Shown here one piece after another: positions 60,722 through 64,000 of a stretch of DNA of 64,000 bases. This DNA is from Basidiobolus meristosporus CBS 931.73 (lineage: Eukaryota; Fungi; Basidiobolomycota), in the NCBI GenBank assembly GCA_002104905.1, contig MCFE01000255.1, positions 1-64,000 on the forward strand. The letters run 5' to 3'. A program made the position numbers and the translations under genes. Below the pieces are notes generated by a model. It made no database searches and was not told where the DNA came from. It saw nothing but the letters and a program-made list of their open reading frames with translations. How positions within the stretch are numbered: the stretch's first letter is position 1; each line of letters opens with the position of its first letter.

Positions 60722-63700
60722 CATTAGACTGGTGCTTCAAATAGAGAGATAATCAGCAAAAGTAGCCAGAATATGGAAATGCTGCAACAACTGAAGATAG
60801 ACTATTCATATCTGCCCTAACTATGACCACAGACAAGGATTCTCAGATGTGGTACATTGGCTCTGGAGCATCTCAACACCTTACACACCAGAAAGAACAT
60901 TCTACTCAATATCAAGAAGTTCCAATTAAGAAGGTTTTCATGGGTGACAATAGAACACTTGATGCAGTGGGAGAAAGAACTATCCAAGTAAGCCTTAGAA
61001 GCATTGATGGAAGCCATACACTTTCCTTCAAAGAAGTACTCTATGTACCAGAAATGGCTAAGAGCCTACTATCTGTAACCAAGGTCACTTCTGAAGGACT
61101 CAGTCTCAGCTTTGACAATTCTGGATGCAGGGTTGCTGGTCAAAATGGTGTCCATATTGCTTTAGGTATCAGAGATCAGAATCTATACAAGTTGATATAT
61201 ATTCCATTGTATCTGGAAGCCAATATAAGTAACTTAAATGAAGAAACACCAATGCTTTGGCACAGGAGATTTGGATGCATTAATTTTGATTATTTGTGCA
61301 AAATGATCCAAGATCAGCTAATATCCAGAATGAAAATTGATCCCCCAGCTAATGTGAAGCACTGTAAAGCCTACATATTTGGGAAAAAAGCCAGACAACT
61401 GTTCAGGAGCTCTGGATTAATCAAAGCTAAAAAAATTAGATCTCAGATTTGTGTGGACCTATGTAAAATATACCCTTAGGTGGGATGAAGTATTTAATCA
61501 CTTTTATTGACAATTATACAAGAAACATGTGGGTCTACTTCATGGAGAGAAAGGAAGCAGCTATGTCTAAGCTCAGGGAGCTTAAAGCCATGGTGGAGGG
61601 AGAAACCAGTGAGAAAATCAAGAAAATATGCTCCAACAATTGTAGAAAATATACCTCAAAACTCTTCATCCACATCTGCAAAACCTGTGGGATAAAGTAA
61701 GAGACTACTGTACCACACTCCCCACAGCAAAATGGAGTAGCAGAACATGCAAACAGATCAATAATTGATATGGGAAGATCCATGATCCATTATCAAAAAC
61801 TATCCTCTCATTTTTGGGCAGAATATTTGCCATAGCTGTATACCTTATATATGAGTTATAACAGAATAATTTGTGATTCTACTCCACTTGAGTCATGATA
61901 TGGATACAGACAAAGTGCAGCATCTTAGAATATTTGAGTAAACAGCATATGCCAAGAAACTACCTGAAAATCAGTTACAACATGAGCTAAAAAGTGTAAA
62001 ATTGATATTTTTGGGCTACTGCAATGAGAGTAGCAAATACAGACTCTACAACACTAAAGCAAAGAAGCTGATTAAGTCCAGGGATGTGCTGTCTGATGAA
62101 AATTCAGATTTTCCACAAAAAATGACATCAGATGATGACAAAAATGTGATCTTAAGTCCACCAATTATCAGGATTGAATCTGAATAAAACAATGAAATCT
62201 TTCTCACTCCAGAGTACTCTAAAGCTGTGGTTCAGCCTGAATTAGTGCCCAAGAATATCCCAGAAGTGATCAATCCAGTATCAAATGCCAGGAGATCCAA
62301 CAAGTCAAGAAATAGCCCAAATTACTATATCAATGAGTGTACAAACTTAGCCAATGACTATTCAGTCAATATTGATGAGCCCAGACTGTAAAAGAGACCC
62401 TAATTAGCCCACAGACAAAGTTTGGGAGATCTGCAATGACTGAGGAATATCAGGCCCTGATGGAAAATCAAACTTGAGACTAAGTCAAATTACCAATTGA
62501 CCAAAAATCAATTGGATGGAGGTGGGTCCTTAAGACAAAATACAAGGCTGATGGTACAACTGAAAGATACAAAGCAAGACTTGTAGACAATGGATAACCT
62601 CAAGCCACAGGACTTGACTATACTGCAACCTTTGCACTGGTAACCAAGTTTAATTCCACCAGATTAATATTGGCTATTGCAGCCAATCATAGGTTGTTTA
62701 TTCATCAAATGGATGCAAAATCTGCATTTTTTAATAGGGAACTTGCTGAAGACATGTATATGAACCAGCCTGATGGGTTTGCTGACTAAGATAACACCTA
62801 TCTGGTCTGCAAGCTTTAAAAATCTCTATATGGACTCAAACAATCACCAAGAGCATGGAGTTGTAAGAAAATTCTTATTTGGAATCTTTGAGTTACTAGA
62901 GGAGTAATCCTGACTATAGTATAAAGTATTAGTTGGATGGAGGAAGTCCAGTTATATTTGTTCTCTATGTGGATGATGATACAATAACTGCCAATAACAT
63001 TGAAACATTGGAAGTGACTAAATCCAGCCTATCTAAGGAGTTCAAGATGTCCAATCTAGAAGAATTAAATTATTACTTAGAGTGATAACCTGAGTACTTC
63101 TGTCTATGGAGGGCTTTATCCCTAAGCCAATCCAAATATATTCAAGATATACAAAGAAGTACAAAATGACCAATTCTAAACTGACAGCTACCCCTATAGA
63201 GACAAACCTTAACTTGGTCAATACTCAACCAAATCAAGTGAGCTTGGTGCCATCTGAAAGCCCTAACTTTCTTTATCAATTGATAGTTGTCAGCTTGATG
63301 AGTATTGTGCTTGAAACACATCCAGATATCTCATATTCAGTGGAAGTAGTCAGTTAGCATAAGCAGAACTATGGATATGACTATATTGCAGCAGTTGAGC
63401 AGATTACCTAAAAGGAATTGCTAATATCTGCTTAAGGCACACCTAAAAAGAATTACAACAAGGTTCTATTGGATACTCTGATGCTGATTGGGGAAGAAAT
63501 TTGGAAGACAGAAGATCCACCACAGGATACACCTTGATTTACTGCAAAGGGTCATTTCATGTAATTCAAGAAAGCAACCAACCATAGTACTCTCTACAAC
63601 AGAGGCAGTGTATATGGCAGCCTGTGAAATCACAAAAGAAGCAATGTGGATAAGAAAGCTTTTACAGATTTAGGCCTATGTCAAAAAACGCCTATTACTT

Positions 63701-63896
63701 TATTTCAAGATAATCAAGGATGTGTATAATTATGTATATATCCAACTTTTGATGCTAGAACTAAGCACATAGATATTAGACATCATTTCATATGTGAAGC
63801 TATAGAGAATAACTTACTTAGCTCAGTTTGCTGTCCTACAGGTGAAATGATTGCAGATACCTTAGGTAAAAATTGGGACTAGTTAGCATGGAAATT

Positions 63897-64000
63897 GAGT
63901 TGAGTGGGAGCATGGTAAAATTTGTATTTCCACCTAAATATTCACATAATTCAGTCACTTAGATCATCACCTACAGATCTTAGAGAATACTGACCAAATT
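63897..64000 (+). repeat. Polypurine tract (63897-63910) and start of 3' LTR (63911 onward)
   Basis: GAGTTGAGTGGGAG followed by LTR sequence (TTTGTATTTCCACCTAAATATTCAC...GAGAATACTGACCAAATT). Confidence 0.88.

Larger units (their letters stand above)
59289..64000 (+). mobile_element. Near full-length degenerate Ty1/copia retrotransposon (5' LTR, PBS, gag, PR, IN, RT, RNase H, PPT, 3' LTR cut by window edge)
   Basis: gag EKLDGSNYPVWLVKMKMLL, zinc-knuckle relic, protease WYIGSGASQH (catalytic D lost), GAG-pre-integrase LWHRRFG, integrase PQQNGVAE, RT (YKARLV, HQMDAKSAF, SLYGLKQSP, YVDD) and RNase H, in copia PR-IN-RT-RH order with many stops and frameshifts. Confidence 0.95.

Overview
Gene-dense, intron-rich eukaryotic segment. 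The short GT-AG introns, CTAAC/CTGAC branch points and gene content point to an early-diverging fungus (Zoopagomycota/Mucoromycota-like; inference). Both ends carry decayed, almost CpG-free Ty1/copia retrotransposons of one family. Between them lie about 17 genes: Vps5-like sorting nexin, spastin, a small secreted S/T-rich protein, a full-length Virilizer/VIRMA homologue, alpha-COP, a stand-alone SRA1/Sec31-C domain gene, MSH4, Sec1, an orphan CaaX protein, GUT2, a trypsin with a hydrophobic tail, a PDK/BCKDK kinase, a solitary intact copia Gag (capsid) ORF, VMA2, a type I membrane protein, a Ptc2/3-type PP2C, and an intronless 415-aa protein built almost entirely of 29 Cys-Pro motifs and His clusters. 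The most striking items are the Cys-Pro/His repeat protein (candidate heme or metal sponge), the apparently domesticated Gag, and the animal-like VIRMA. Exon boundaries were read by eye, family assignments rest on recalled motifs, and no database search was run.
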